Positions 55,626-64,000 of a stretch of DNA of 64,000 bases are shown one piece after another. Each line of letters begins with the position of its first letter. Position 1 is the stretch's first letter. This stretch comes from Verrucomicrobia bacterium UBA3783. GTDB taxonomy: Bacteria > Verrucomicrobiota > Kiritimatiellia > RFP12 > UBA1067. Both the position numbers and the translations under genes were made by a program. A model generated the notes under the pieces. The model was not told the origin of the DNA. It worked only from the letters and a program-made list of their open reading frames with translations, and searched no databases. The stretch covers positions 5,150 to 69,149 of the forward strand of contig DFFF01000013.1 in NCBI GenBank assembly GCA_002369235.1, read 5' to 3'.

Positions 55626-57992
55626 ATGGCACAGGAAACGACCCCGATGATGCGCCAGTACATGGCGATCAAGCGCGAGGTGCCGCCGGGCGCGATTGTA
55701 ATGTTCAGGCTCGGCGACTTCTACGAAATGTTCGGCGAGGATGCGATTGTCGCATCGCCGATTCTCGGCGCCACGCTTACCCAGCGCAACGGCATGCCGA
55801 TGTGCGGCGTGCCGTTCCACGCTTTGGACGGCTATCTCGCAAAACTCATCCGCGCCGGCAAGACCGCCGCCCTTTGCGATCAGGTGGAAGACCCGAAACT
55901 CGCCAAAGGCCTGGTGCGCCGCGAGATTACGCGCATCGTCACGCCGGGCACGGTCACTGAAGAGAGCATCCTCGATGAATCATGCTCCAACTACATCGCC
56001 GCCGTGGATGGCGATGGCGTCGCGATTCTCGATTTGTCCACCGGCGAGTTCGTCTGCGAGAAGGGCGAGGATGCGCTGGAGCGCTACAATCCCGCCGAAA
56101 TCCTCCGCAAGGACGAAGACAACGCCTGGACTTTCGCGTTCGATGTGGCCATGGAGACGCTGACGCGCCACTTCAAGGTTCTGTCGCTCGATGGATTCGG
56201 GCTCGACGATCCCGCGCTCGTCTGCGCCGCCGGTGCGCTCGTGTATTATGTCGGCACCACGCTGCGCCATCCGCTAGACCATGTGCGCAAGGTCCGCGTC
56301 GCCTCCGGCGGCGGTTCGCTTGTGCTTGACGGCGGCACTGTGCGCCATCTCCAGCTGCTGCCCGCGCCGGGCGTCGACCGCTCCGCCACGCTTTTGGGCG
56401 TGCTCGATGTCACGAAAACCCCGATGGGCGCGAGAACCATGCGCAACTGGATACGCCAGCCGCTCGCCACGGTGGAGGCGATCAACGCCCGCACGGACGA
56501 AGTGGCGCACTATGTGGAAGACCGCGCCGCGTTGACCACGCTGCGCGGACTCCTCGCCGGAGTGCGCGACCTCGAGCGGCTCGTGGCCAAGACCGACTCC
56601 GGCCGCGCCAACCCTCGCGACCTCAAGGCGCTGGCCGGATCCCTGCGCCCGATTCCGCAGATAATGCCGCTTTGCGACAAGCCGCTCGTGGCCGAGGAAA
56701 AACTCGTCGATCTCATCGACCGCGCCATCGCCGACGATCCGCCGGTCATGATGGCGGACGGCGGCTTCATCCGCAGCGGATTCGACCCGGAACTCGATTC
56801 GCTGCGCGCCATCGCGCGAGACGGCCACGCCTGGATCGCCGAGTATCAGACCAGGGAGCAGGAACGCACCGGCATCAAGTATCTCAAGGTCAAGTATGTC
56901 AAGAATTTCGGGTTTGTGATTGAAATCTCCAAGGCATTCGCCCATCTTGCGCCGCCCGACTACCAGCGCCGCCAGACGCTCACGACAGGCGAGAGATTCG
57001 TGACGGACGAGCTGCGCAAATACGAACAGCAGGTCCTCGGCGCCAATGAAAAGGCCGTAGCCATAGAACAGAGGCTTTACAAGGGGTTGATCGACGAAAT
57101 CGTCGCGAAAACCGTGGAACTTCAGGACGATGCGCGAATGCTCGGAGAACTCGACGCCATTCTATCGCTCGCGGATCGTGCGCTGGCGGCGGGCTATGTG
57201 CGCGCGGAAATCGACGATAGCGAAGTCCTGGACATTGCAGACGGTCGCCATCCAATCATCGAACAGCTTCCCGACGCCGAGCCGTTCGTGCCCAATTCCG
57301 CACATCTCGATTGCGATCAGAACCAGATCATGCTCATCACCGGCCCGAACATGGCCGGAAAATCCACGTATCTCCGCCAGGTCGCCACAATCGCAATCAT
57401 GGCGCAGGTAGGCAGCTTCGTGCCGGCGTCGTCGATGCGTCTTGGCGTGCTCGACCGCGTGTTCACGCGCATTGGCGCCGGCGACGATCTGGCGCGCGGA
57501 CGCTCCACCTTCCTCGTGGAAATGCAGGAGACCGCGAACATCCTCAACAATGCCACGCGCCGCTCGTTGATCGTGCTCGATGAAATCGGCCGCGGCACCA
57601 GCACCTTCGACGGCATCTCGATCGCCTGGTCGGTCGCCGAGTATCTCTACGGGCGCAAGGAATCAAAGGCCAAGACGCTCTTCGCAACCCATTATCACGA
57701 ACTTACCGACCTCTCCGACATCTTCCCCGGCATAAAGAACTACACGGTGCGCGTGAAGGAGGAGAACGGAAGGGTGGTGTTTCTGCGCCGCATCGTCGAA
57801 GGCGTGGCCGAGAAGAGCTTTGGCATCAACGTGGGTGCGATGGCGGGGTTGCCCCGGGAGGTGGTCGAACGCGCGAGCGAGATTCTGCGGAATCTCGAAG
57901 CGAATGAGATCGATGTTTCCGGCCAATCGCGCGTCGTCCGCCACCCTCGAAAGAAACTTTCCGAACTCCCCGGCCAGATGGCGTTCTTCTGA
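55626..57992 (+). CDS. mutS: DNA mismatch repair protein MutS
   Basis: 'MMRQYMAIKREVP', 'FRLGDFYEMF', Walker A 'GPNMAGKSTY', 'STFLVEM', 'DEIGRGTST'. GGAGG Shine-Dalgarno before ATG 55626. Confidence 0.85.
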   Translation: MAQETTPMMRQYMAIKREVPPGAIVMFRLGDFYEMFGEDAIVASPILGATLTQRNGMPMCGVPFHALDGYLAKLIRAGKTAALCDQVEDPKLAKGLVRREITRIVTPGTVTEESILDESCSNYIAAVDGDGVAILDLSTGEFVCEKGEDALERYNPAEILRKDEDNAWTFAFDVAMETLTRHFKVLSLDGFGLDDPALVCAAGALVYYVGTTLRHPLDHVRKVRVASGGGSLVLDGGTVRHLQLLPAPGVDRSATLLGVLDVTKTPMGARTMRNWIRQPLATVEAINARTDEVAHYVEDRAALTTLRGLLAGVRDLERLVAKTDSGRANPRDLKALAGSLRPIPQIMPLCDKPLVAEEKLVDLIDRAIADDPPVMMADGGFIRSGFDPELDSLRAIARDGHAWIAEYQTREQERTGIKYLKVKYVKNFGFVIEISKAFAHLAPPDYQRRQTLTTGERFVTDELRKYEQQVLGANEKAVAIEQRLYKGLIDEIVAKTVELQDDARMLGELDAILSLADRALAAGYVRAEIDDSEVLDIADGRHPIIEQLPDAEPFVPNSAHLDCDQNQIMLITGPNMAGKSTYLRQVATIAIMAQVGSFVPASSMRLGVLDRVFTRIGAGDDLARGRSTFLVEMQETANILNNATRRSLIVLDEIGRGTSTFDGISIAWSVAEYLYGRKESKAKTLFATHYHELTDLSDIFPGIKNYTVRVKEENGRVVFLRRIVEGVAEKSFGINVGAMAGLPREVVERASEILRNLEANEIDVSGQSRVVRHPRKKLSELPGQMAFF

Positions 57993-58690
57993 TGAATCGC
58001 ATAATCATCGAGCCGGAGGAAATCGAGAAGGGGTGCGTTGTCCTTTCCGGGCGGCGGTTTGAACATATCAAGACCGTGCTCAAAAGCGATGTCGGCGATA
58101 TTCTCAAGACCGGAGAATTGAACGGCAAAATCGGCACCGGGAAGATCGCCGCAATCGACGACAAGAGTGTCACGCTCGAAATCGACCATTCGACCGACGC
58201 TCCGCCGCCGTGGTTCGACCTTATTCTCGCTCCGCCCCGGCCGCGGGTCTTCAAGCGTCTACTGGCGCAGCTAACCGCGCTGGGCATGCGCAAGCTCTTT
58301 CTGGTCGGGGCGAAAAAAGTCGAGAAGGATTTCTGGGGCGCCACTATCCTCAAAGAGGAAAACTACCGTCCGTTGCTTATCGAAGGCCTGGAGCAATGCG
58401 GAGCGACTGCCTTGCCGGAAATCCGCATTTCCCGCAATCTCAAGCGCTTCGTTGAATCCCAATGCTTAGGTCCGTGTCGTCTCATCGCGCATCCGGGCGG
58501 CAGAACGGTTGCCCCTTGGGCCGATACAATCGAAAAATCTCTCCCTGTGTTCGCCGTCGGCCCGGAAGGCGGCTGGACCGACGACGAGGTTGCGCTCTTC
58601 GAGGCGCATGGCTTTTCGCGCGTTTCATTAGGCCCGCGCATTCTCCGCACCGACACTGCACTCCTCGCGCTAATCGGCCGCTACCTCTGA
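57992..58690 (+). CDS. RsmE-family SPOUT methyltransferase (second paralog)
   Basis: 'FAVGPEGGWTDDEVAL...GPRILRTDTALLALIG', same architecture as rsmE at 2531. Confidence 0.7.
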   Translation: MNRIIIEPEEIEKGCVVLSGRRFEHIKTVLKSDVGDILKTGELNGKIGTGKIAAIDDKSVTLEIDHSTDAPPPWFDLILAPPRPRVFKRLLAQLTALGMRKLFLVGAKKVEKDFWGATILKEENYRPLLIEGLEQCGATALPEIRISRNLKRFVESQCLGPCRLIAHPGGRTVAPWADTIEKSLPVFAVGPEGGWTDDEVALFEAHGFSRVSLGPRILRTDTALLALIGRYL

Positions 58691-58932
58691 AAGAAGGGCA
58701 CGGGAAAGATTTTTCGATTTTTCGATTGTATTGGGTGATAAGCCCTACAGTTTCAGGTTGGAGAATTGGCGAAGGCGCGACAGTGCGGCAGAAACCGCGA
58801 GAACGGCGAACGAAATGGCAAGCAGCGTCCAGACGCACATCTGAAATCCGCAAATCTGATGTATACCCGCATCGACACAATCCTGCCGCCCGGTGTTGCA
58901 ATCTGTTTTCTCGAATAAGGGCTTATATCCTC

Positions 58933-60000
58933 TTATTGCAGATTTTTACGGTAGAACGCCTCGATGCGGTCGAAGGGAATGGCGTTTTTGCCGCCGCCGT
59001 CGTAGAGGTCGCAGTGCGTGGCGCCGGGAACGATGACGAGTTCCTTGTTTTCGCCCTTGAGCATCTCATAAGCCGTCTCGCCGAAGTAGCGGCTGTGCGC
59101 CTTTTCACCATGCAGCACCATCACCGCGCTCTCGATCTCGCCCGCGTAGGCGAGAAGTTTCGAGTTGATGAACGAGAGGGCGGACGTCTTGTTCCAGCCG
59201 CCGTTGGAGTTGAGCGAGCGAGGATGGTAGCCGCGAGGAGTCTTGTAATAGGCGTAATAGTCCTTCACAAACTGCGGTGCGTCGTCGGGAAGGGCATCCG
59301 GCACGCCGCCGCCAAGCTCGTAGGTCCCGGCCTTGAAGTCCTTGATGCGCTGGGCGTTCATCGCTTCCTTCTTCGCCTTGCGCGCCGCCGCGCTGTCTTC
59401 GCTGTCGAAGTAGCCGTTTGCCGTCACGCGCGTCATGTCGTACATCGTCGAGGCCACCGTCGCCTTTACGCGCGTATCGACCGCCGCCGCGTTGATGGCA
59501 AGCCCTCCCCAGCCGCAAATCCCAAGAATGCCGACTTTCTCCGCATCCACATCGTCGCGGGAGATGAGATAATCCACCGCCGCCTGGAAATCTTCGGTGT
59601 TGATGTCCGGCGAGGCTACATAGCGCGGCTCCCCGCCAGATTCGCCAGTGAACGACGGATCGAACGCAATGGTGAGAAATCCGCGCTCCGCGAGCGTCTG
59701 CGCGTAAAGGCCGCTTGATTGCTCCTTCACCGCGCCAAACGGACCCGATACCGCAATCGCCGCAAACTTTCCGTTCCCTTCTTCTCCGTTCCACGTTCCC
59801 TGTTCCCCGTTCCCCGCTTTCGGCTTGTACACATCCGCCGCGAGCGTAATGCCGAAACGGTTTTTGAATGACACCTTGCAGTGTTCTACTTTGTCTGACT
59901 TCGGAAACGTCTTGTCCCAGCCGGTCGTCAGTTCCGCAGCGTTTGCCGCGATTGCCATCGCCGTTGCCATGATCATTCCTCCTGTGAGCAGTGTGTTCAT
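58933..60000 (-). CDS. secreted alpha/beta-hydrolase fold protein (dienelactone-hydrolase-like)
   Basis: Signal peptide. 'GILGICGWGG' nucleophile-elbow-like GxSxG variant (GxCxG). 'VLHGEKAH'. Confidence 0.55.
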   Translation of the reverse strand: MNTLLTGGMIMATAMAIAANAAELTTGWDKTFPKSDKVEHCKVSFKNRFGITLAADVYKPKAGNGEQGTWNGEEGNGKFAAIAVSGPFGAVKEQSSGLYAQTLAERGFLTIAFDPSFTGESGGEPRYVASPDINTEDFQAAVDYLISRDDVDAEKVGILGICGWGGLAINAAAVDTRVKATVASTMYDMTRVTANGYFDSEDSAAARKAKKEAMNAQRIKDFKAGTYELGGGVPDALPDDAPQFVKDYYAYYKTPRGYHPRSLNSNGGWNKTSALSFINSKLLAYAGEIESAVMVLHGEKAHSRYFGETAYEMLKGENKELVIVPGATHCDLYDGGGKNAIPFDRIEAFYRKNLQ

Positions 60001-60062
60001 TTTCCTGACTCCGTTGTTTTGCAAATACAATCGAAAAATCGATTAATCGAAAAATCTTTCCT

Positions 60063-60139
60063 TGGTGGGGACTGAGGGACTCGAACCCCCGACCCGCTGC
60101 GTGTAAAGCAGCTGCTCTAACCAACTGAGCTAAATCCCC
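60063..60139 (-). tRNA. tRNA-Val (anticodon TAC)
   Basis: Reverse-complement fold: acceptor GGGGATT/AGTCCCC, D-stem GCTC, anticodon stem GCTGC/GCAGC, loop TTTACAC, T-loop TTCGAGT, encoded CCA. Confidence 0.8.
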
Positions 60140-60153
60140 GGCAAACGAGGAGG

Positions 60154-60162
60154 ATTATATCA
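60154..60162 (-). promoter_or_regulatory. extended -10 TGATATAAT (minus strand) for tRNA-Val
   Basis: Minus strand 'aaaataTGATATAATcctcctcgtttgcc' ends 15 nt before the tRNA 5' end. Confidence 0.5.
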
Positions 60163-60257
60163 TATTTTCCTTGCGCAAATCAATAGGGTAAAATCGAAAA
60201 CTCACCGGCGGCGGTCGCGGGTGCGGCATCTGCAGCCTTGCATTTCCACACGATTTT

Positions 60258-60266
60258 TGATATAAT
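60258..60266 (+). promoter_or_regulatory. extended -10 TGATATAAT for the GreA-domain gene
   Basis: 'cgaTTTTTGATATAATACcgcc'. 30 nt before ATG 60296. Confidence 0.5.
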
Positions 60267-60295
60267 ACCGCCAAAATTTTGAAACGGAGATGCAA

Positions 60296-62314
60296 ATGGC
60301 AGATATCGACAATGTAGTGACTGAACTTGCCGCGAAGACCGAAGCGAAGGATTTTGCCGGGGCTTTTGATCTCGTCCGGGCCAACCTCAAGGAACTTGGC
60401 AAAGCCATGGGCGCGGAAGGAATCCGCGACGCGCTCAAATCGGCGACGACCTCGCGTGTGTACAAATCTTTCGTCGACGGCGTGGGGCTTGGGACGCTGG
60501 CATTGGACGATGCGTTCGCGAAACTCGAAAAACTCCTTTCTTTCAAAGAGGGTTCGCTTGTGCTTTCGTCCACATGGGGGCTGGGGAAGGTGCGCAGGAT
60601 CGACGATTTCTACAAGCGCATAACCGTTGATTTCCGGCTGCGCCGCGGACATCAATTCACCTACGACGCCGCGTGCGATATGATCGTTTCGGCACCGGAG
60701 AACCACATTCTCGTGTGGCGCGAGGCTGATCCGGCGGCGTTCGAGGCGATGCGCAAGAACGAACCGGGGAAGTTCGTCAAGCGCGTCGTGGAAAGCTACG
60801 GCGGCGTTTCGCTCGTCAAGCTTGAGGACATATTCGTCGCAAACGGTTTCGTGAAAAAGCCGGAATGGAAGGCCTTTTGGGACAGTGCGCGCAAGGAACT
60901 GGTGAAGGACAAGTGCGTGAAGATTCCGGTGAAGCGCACGGATCCGATCGAAGTCCGCGCCCAGGCCGAGGATTATTCCGACAACTGGCTCACGGCGTTT
61001 TCGCACGAGACCGACCCCAAGCTCATCCTCGCCGGCATCAAGGAATACAAGGCCGCCAAGCGTCCGATGTCCGAAGATGTTCTCGACATATTCAAGACGC
61101 GGCTTGCGTTTGCGGTCACGGCGGCAAAGCGCAGCGACGACGCGCTTTATTCGCGTCTTGCGTCGCTCGTGTCGAAGTTCGGTTTCGACGAGCCTTCGGC
61201 CAAGGAGATGCGCGAGTATCTCATGGAGCGCGGGAGATTCGTGAAGGCGGCGGCGGAATTGCCCGCGAGCGAAGTTGGCGATCTCATTTCGTTTTTGTCC
61301 GGCGGCGAAGACTCCGCGCAGGTGCGCGCGACCATTTACCGTCAGCTTCCCAATCTTTGCTATGCCGCGGTGCAGGAGGTTATCAAGGCGTTCGGCGACG
61401 ATGCGGCCTGCCGCGAGGCGGTGGGAACGCTGCTCAAGGCGCCTGCAGCGCCGGCGACGCTCGTCGCGCTCGTCGTCGGGCGCTATGCCGATTTCGCCGC
61501 ATGGAAAGAACTGCCGCCGCTGGCGACGATCGTCATGCACGCCATTGCGCTGGGCGAAGGGCGTCAGGGCGGCGAAACGCTGCGCATGCAGAATATCGTC
61601 CGCAGGCTCTTTTCCACCAAGGATTGGCTCGAGGAGACGTTCGCGCGGCTCGACGCCGATTCGCAAAAGCTCGTCTTCGAGCGCTTCCAGGCGTCGCTCG
61701 GCTGGGAGTCGGCCTCGCAGCATATCGTCGTCACGCGCATGACGAAGATCGCTCCGCAGCTCGCCTCGCTCGTCGTCAAGGCCGAGACGAAGCGCGAGTA
61801 TCCGCCGGTGACGAGTTTCAGGAGCTTTGCGCTCAAGAAGGCCGAATATCTCAAACTCATCAACGAGGATATGCCCGCGAATGTGAAGAAAATCGAATTC
61901 GCCAAGGGATTCGGCGACCTTTCCGAAAACGCGGAATACCAGTATGCCAAGGACGAGCAGCGCGCGCTCATGCAGAAGCAGACGCTCATGCAGGCGGAGC
62001 TCGAAGCCGTGAAGCCCTCGAACTTTGCCGACGCCACGACCGAAGAGGTCATGCCCGGCGTGATGGTCACCGTGCAGACCGACGACGGCGGCAAGACTTA
62101 TGCCATTCTCGGCGAATGGGACAATGACGTCGAGATGGGGATTCTTTCGCAGAAGGCGCGGCTTGCGGTCAACATGCTCGGCAAGAAGGAAGGCGACAAG
62201 TTCGAACTTCCCGGCACTGCGGGCGAAACGAAATTTGGTGTGATCAAACTGATTTCGCCGCTCACCGAAGCGGTGAAGGAATGGATGAAAGTACCGGAAG
62301 GAGTGCAGATATGA
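60296..62314 (+). CDS. large protein with C-terminal GreA/GreB-family domain (N-terminal ~500 aa of unknown function)
   Basis: C-terminal 'FGDLSENAEYQYAKDEQRALMQKQTLMQAELEAV' (Gre coiled-coil finger, acidic tip) and FKBP-like 'VMPGVMVTVQTDDGGKTYAILGEWDND'. Confidence 0.6.
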   Translation: MADIDNVVTELAAKTEAKDFAGAFDLVRANLKELGKAMGAEGIRDALKSATTSRVYKSFVDGVGLGTLALDDAFAKLEKLLSFKEGSLVLSSTWGLGKVRRIDDFYKRITVDFRLRRGHQFTYDAACDMIVSAPENHILVWREADPAAFEAMRKNEPGKFVKRVVESYGGVSLVKLEDIFVANGFVKKPEWKAFWDSARKELVKDKCVKIPVKRTDPIEVRAQAEDYSDNWLTAFSHETDPKLILAGIKEYKAAKRPMSEDVLDIFKTRLAFAVTAAKRSDDALYSRLASLVSKFGFDEPSAKEMREYLMERGRFVKAAAELPASEVGDLISFLSGGEDSAQVRATIYRQLPNLCYAAVQEVIKAFGDDAACREAVGTLLKAPAAPATLVALVVGRYADFAAWKELPPLATIVMHAIALGEGRQGGETLRMQNIVRRLFSTKDWLEETFARLDADSQKLVFERFQASLGWESASQHIVVTRMTKIAPQLASLVVKAETKREYPPVTSFRSFALKKAEYLKLINEDMPANVKKIEFAKGFGDLSENAEYQYAKDEQRALMQKQTLMQAELEAVKPSNFADATTEEVMPGVMVTVQTDDGGKTYAILGEWDNDVEMGILSQKARLAVNMLGKKEGDKFELPGTAGETKFGVIKLISPLTEAVKEWMKVPEGVQI

Positions 62315-62877
62315 AAAAAGAAAAAGAAGCTCCCGTGAGACCGCAGCCGCCCAAAAAGCCGGCTTCCAAGCCCATGTCGCCTGCGGAAATGCGCAAGTTC
62401 GTGATGGGAATCGCGGACGAAAAGAAGCGCGAGGCCGAGGCGATCGACAACCGCGGCGAGGATGAAGGGGCGATCAAACTCAAGAAGCGTCCTTCCACCC
62501 GCCAGGCCGGCGAGAAAACCAACACCTTCCCCGCCGCCGATCTTGCCGAATTCCGTGCGCTGCTCGAGGCCGAACGCGCCAAGGCGCTTTCGGGCGTGGA
62601 TGCGATGAAAGCGACCGGCTTCAACGAATCAGGCGACCGCGAAAGCGACGGCGGCGACGGCACCAACCAGACGCTCCGCCTCCAGGCGCTCGGTCAGATG
62701 GGGTCGATCAATACAATCCTCCACAAGATCGACGAGGCCATGCACCGCATAGACGACGGCACTTACGGCATCTGCACCGCCTGCGGACAGCTTATCCGCA
62801 AACCGCGTCTGCTGAACCAGCCGTTCGTGACGACGTGCATGGAATGCCAGAACGCGATGGAGAAGAACAAGATTTGA
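62311..62877 (+). CDS. DksA/TraR-family C4 zinc-finger protein
   Basis: 'CTACGQLIRKPRLLNQPFVTTCMECQ' (CxxC...CxxC). Lys/Pro-rich N-terminus. ATG overlaps the upstream stop (ATATGA). Confidence 0.7.
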   Translation: MKKEKEAPVRPQPPKKPASKPMSPAEMRKFVMGIADEKKREAEAIDNRGEDEGAIKLKKRPSTRQAGEKTNTFPAADLAEFRALLEAERAKALSGVDAMKATGFNESGDRESDGGDGTNQTLRLQALGQMGSINTILHKIDEAMHRIDDGTYGICTACGQLIRKPRLLNQPFVTTCMECQNAMEKNKI

Positions 62878-63344
62878 TCAAGCGCATTCTCGCGGCGCTG
62901 GTAATCGCGCTCAATCTTGCCTTTGCCGACCAGGTAGTCAAGGAACTCGCGGTGGCGAATCTCAAGAATTCGCCGCCGGTCGAGGTGGTAGATGGTTTCT
63001 TCGCGCTTGCATACGTTGAAAACCGCGGGTGTGCGTGGGGGATGATGCAAGGCAAGGTTTGGCCGCTTGCGGTTTTCGCGCTTGCCGTTTTGGCGATTCT
63101 CGTGTGGAAGCACAAGGAGGTTTTCGGGTCGGGTGTGGTCGTTCCCGGTCTGCTGTATGCAGGGATTGCAGGCAATTTGATCGACCGCGTGTTTCGCGGC
63201 CATGTGGTGGACATGTTCGATTTCCGCTTCGGAACCTGGCATTTTCCCTGCTTTAACGTGGCCGATTCGCTTATCTGCATTGCGGTTGCGCTGATGGTTT
63301 TCAATGAAGCGCGCAGCGTATATTCTCGCCGGACCCACCGCTAG
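62874..63344 (+). CDS. lspA: lipoprotein signal peptidase (signal peptidase II)
   Basis: 'YVENRGCAWGM', 'AGNLIDRVFRGHVVDMFDF', 'WHFPCFNVADSLI' (catalytic Asp). TTG start overlapping the dksA-like stop; an alternative ATG lies at 62844. Confidence 0.7.
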   Translation: MIKRILAALVIALNLAFADQVVKELAVANLKNSPPVEVVDGFFALAYVENRGCAWGMMQGKVWPLAVFALAVLAILVWKHKEVFGSGVVVPGLLYAGIAGNLIDRVFRGHVVDMFDFRFGTWHFPCFNVADSLICIAVALMVFNEARSVYSRRTHR

Positions 63345-63984
63345 CGGCAAAAGCGCGATTGCCGCCGCGCTTGCGCGGGAGATGGGCGCGTGGGTGCTCT
63401 CGGCCGATTCCATGCTTGTTTACCGCGGGATGGACATCGGCACGGCGAAACCGCCGCCGCAAGAGCGCGAGGAATTCCACATGGGCGGCATCGATGTCGT
63501 GACGCCGGCCGAAGAATTTTCGTCCGGCAAATGGCTTGAGGCGGCGAAATCATGGATCGACAAAACGCCGCCCGGAAAACCGATTGTCATTGTGGGCGGC
63601 ACCGGGCTTTATTTTTCCGCGCTGCTGCGCGGGCTCGATCGCGAATGGAAGAATCCGCCGCCAGAATATCCGGTCTTGAAGGTCGACCGCGAAGTCCTGC
63701 GGCGGCGAATCGCCTCGCGGCTCGAGGCGATGTTCGCGGCGGGGCTGGAAGAGGAAAAACGCCGCCTTCACGAACTTTACCCAAAATGGTCGCGCACCGC
63801 CGCGCTCGCAATCGGCTATCGCGAGGGCGATTCGCGCGAGAAGATATTCGTGCGCACCTGCCAGCTGGCCAAGCGTCAGGATACCTGGTTCCGGCATCAG
63901 TCGACGCCGATTTATGTCGAGCCGACGGTTGATGCCGTCAGAGCGTGCTGGAACGAACGCGGTCCCTGGACTGTGCAATTTTAG
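63304..63984 (+). CDS. miaA: tRNA dimethylallyltransferase MiaA (compact form)
   Basis: P-loop 'ILAGPTASGKSAIA', 'DSMLVYRGMDIGTAKP', 'VGGTGLY', C-terminal 'AKRQDTWFR'. Confidence 0.7.
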   Translation: MKRAAYILAGPTASGKSAIAAALAREMGAWVLSADSMLVYRGMDIGTAKPPPQEREEFHMGGIDVVTPAEEFSSGKWLEAAKSWIDKTPPGKPIVIVGGTGLYFSALLRGLDREWKNPPPEYPVLKVDREVLRRRIASRLEAMFAAGLEEEKRRLHELYPKWSRTAALAIGYREGDSREKIFVRTCQLAKRQDTWFRHQSTPIYVEPTVDAVRACWNERGPWTVQF

Positions 63985-64000
63985 GGCACAGAGAGGGATT

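Overview
This is a GC-rich (~60%), very gene-dense bacterial chromosomal window. Most genes are core housekeeping, and many neighbouring genes overlap by 1-26 nt (ATGA/TGATG junctions). The gene content (listed below) hints at a member of the PVC superphylum. Verrucomicrobiota is plausible, but that is an inference, not a demonstrated placement.

Gene content, in order:
- **1-10 kb (+):** a kinase/esterase/RNA-modification string: an APH-like kinase, a GDSL+SASA esterase, rsmE, queE and an RluA-family synthase. These are followed by an ECF sigma factor translationally coupled to a Ser/Thr kinase, then an FtsB-like gene, lgt, holA, pyrC and tRNA-Pro(CGG).
- **10-18.6 kb (+):** a GH29 fucosidase, aspS, ispH, hrpB and a PflA-like radical SAM gene.
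- **18.6-25.7 kb (-):** a MOP-family flippase, mutL and a divergent cell-division cluster (ftsZ, ftsA, ftsQ, ddl).
- **25.7-39.7 kb (+):** a MurC-MurB fusion, then one long co-directional string from an RluA-family gene to gmhA. It mixes LPS genes (lpxC, GT2, GT9 heptosyltransferase, hldE, gmhB, gmhA) with odd passengers: a DEDDh exonuclease, a HydG-like radical SAM protein, a RAYT-like HUH transposase interrupted by a 7x30-bp in-frame repeat, and a tandem-duplicated GT-like protein.
- **40-48 kb:** a 2,024-aa secreted LamG + beta-helix protein followed by a porin-like outer-membrane protein.
- **48-64 kb:** carB, galE, pyrK/pyrD, lptF/G, mutS, a second rsmE paralog, tRNA-Val, and a GreA-domain giant protein with a DksA-like protein, then lspA and miaA.

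Most notable observations:
- The giant protein sits in its own 6.8-kb unit bracketed by an exact 32-bp inverted repeat. It has a 22-bp-stem leader and a 21-bp tandem array downstream.
- Related dispersed repeats built on 'TCTCGAC(T/C)TCGTAG(T/C)C' recur next to tRNA-Pro and gmhA.
- A recurring extended -10 promoter 'TTTTG(A/G/C)TATAAT(AC)' is seen 11 times, often with leaderless or SD-less spacing.
- The HydG-like protein appears orphan in this window and has a non-canonical auxiliary-cluster motif.
- The MurC-MurB fusion carries a trimmed MurB FAD domain.
- A domesticated-looking RAYT with a repeat insertion is embedded in the LPS-core gene string.
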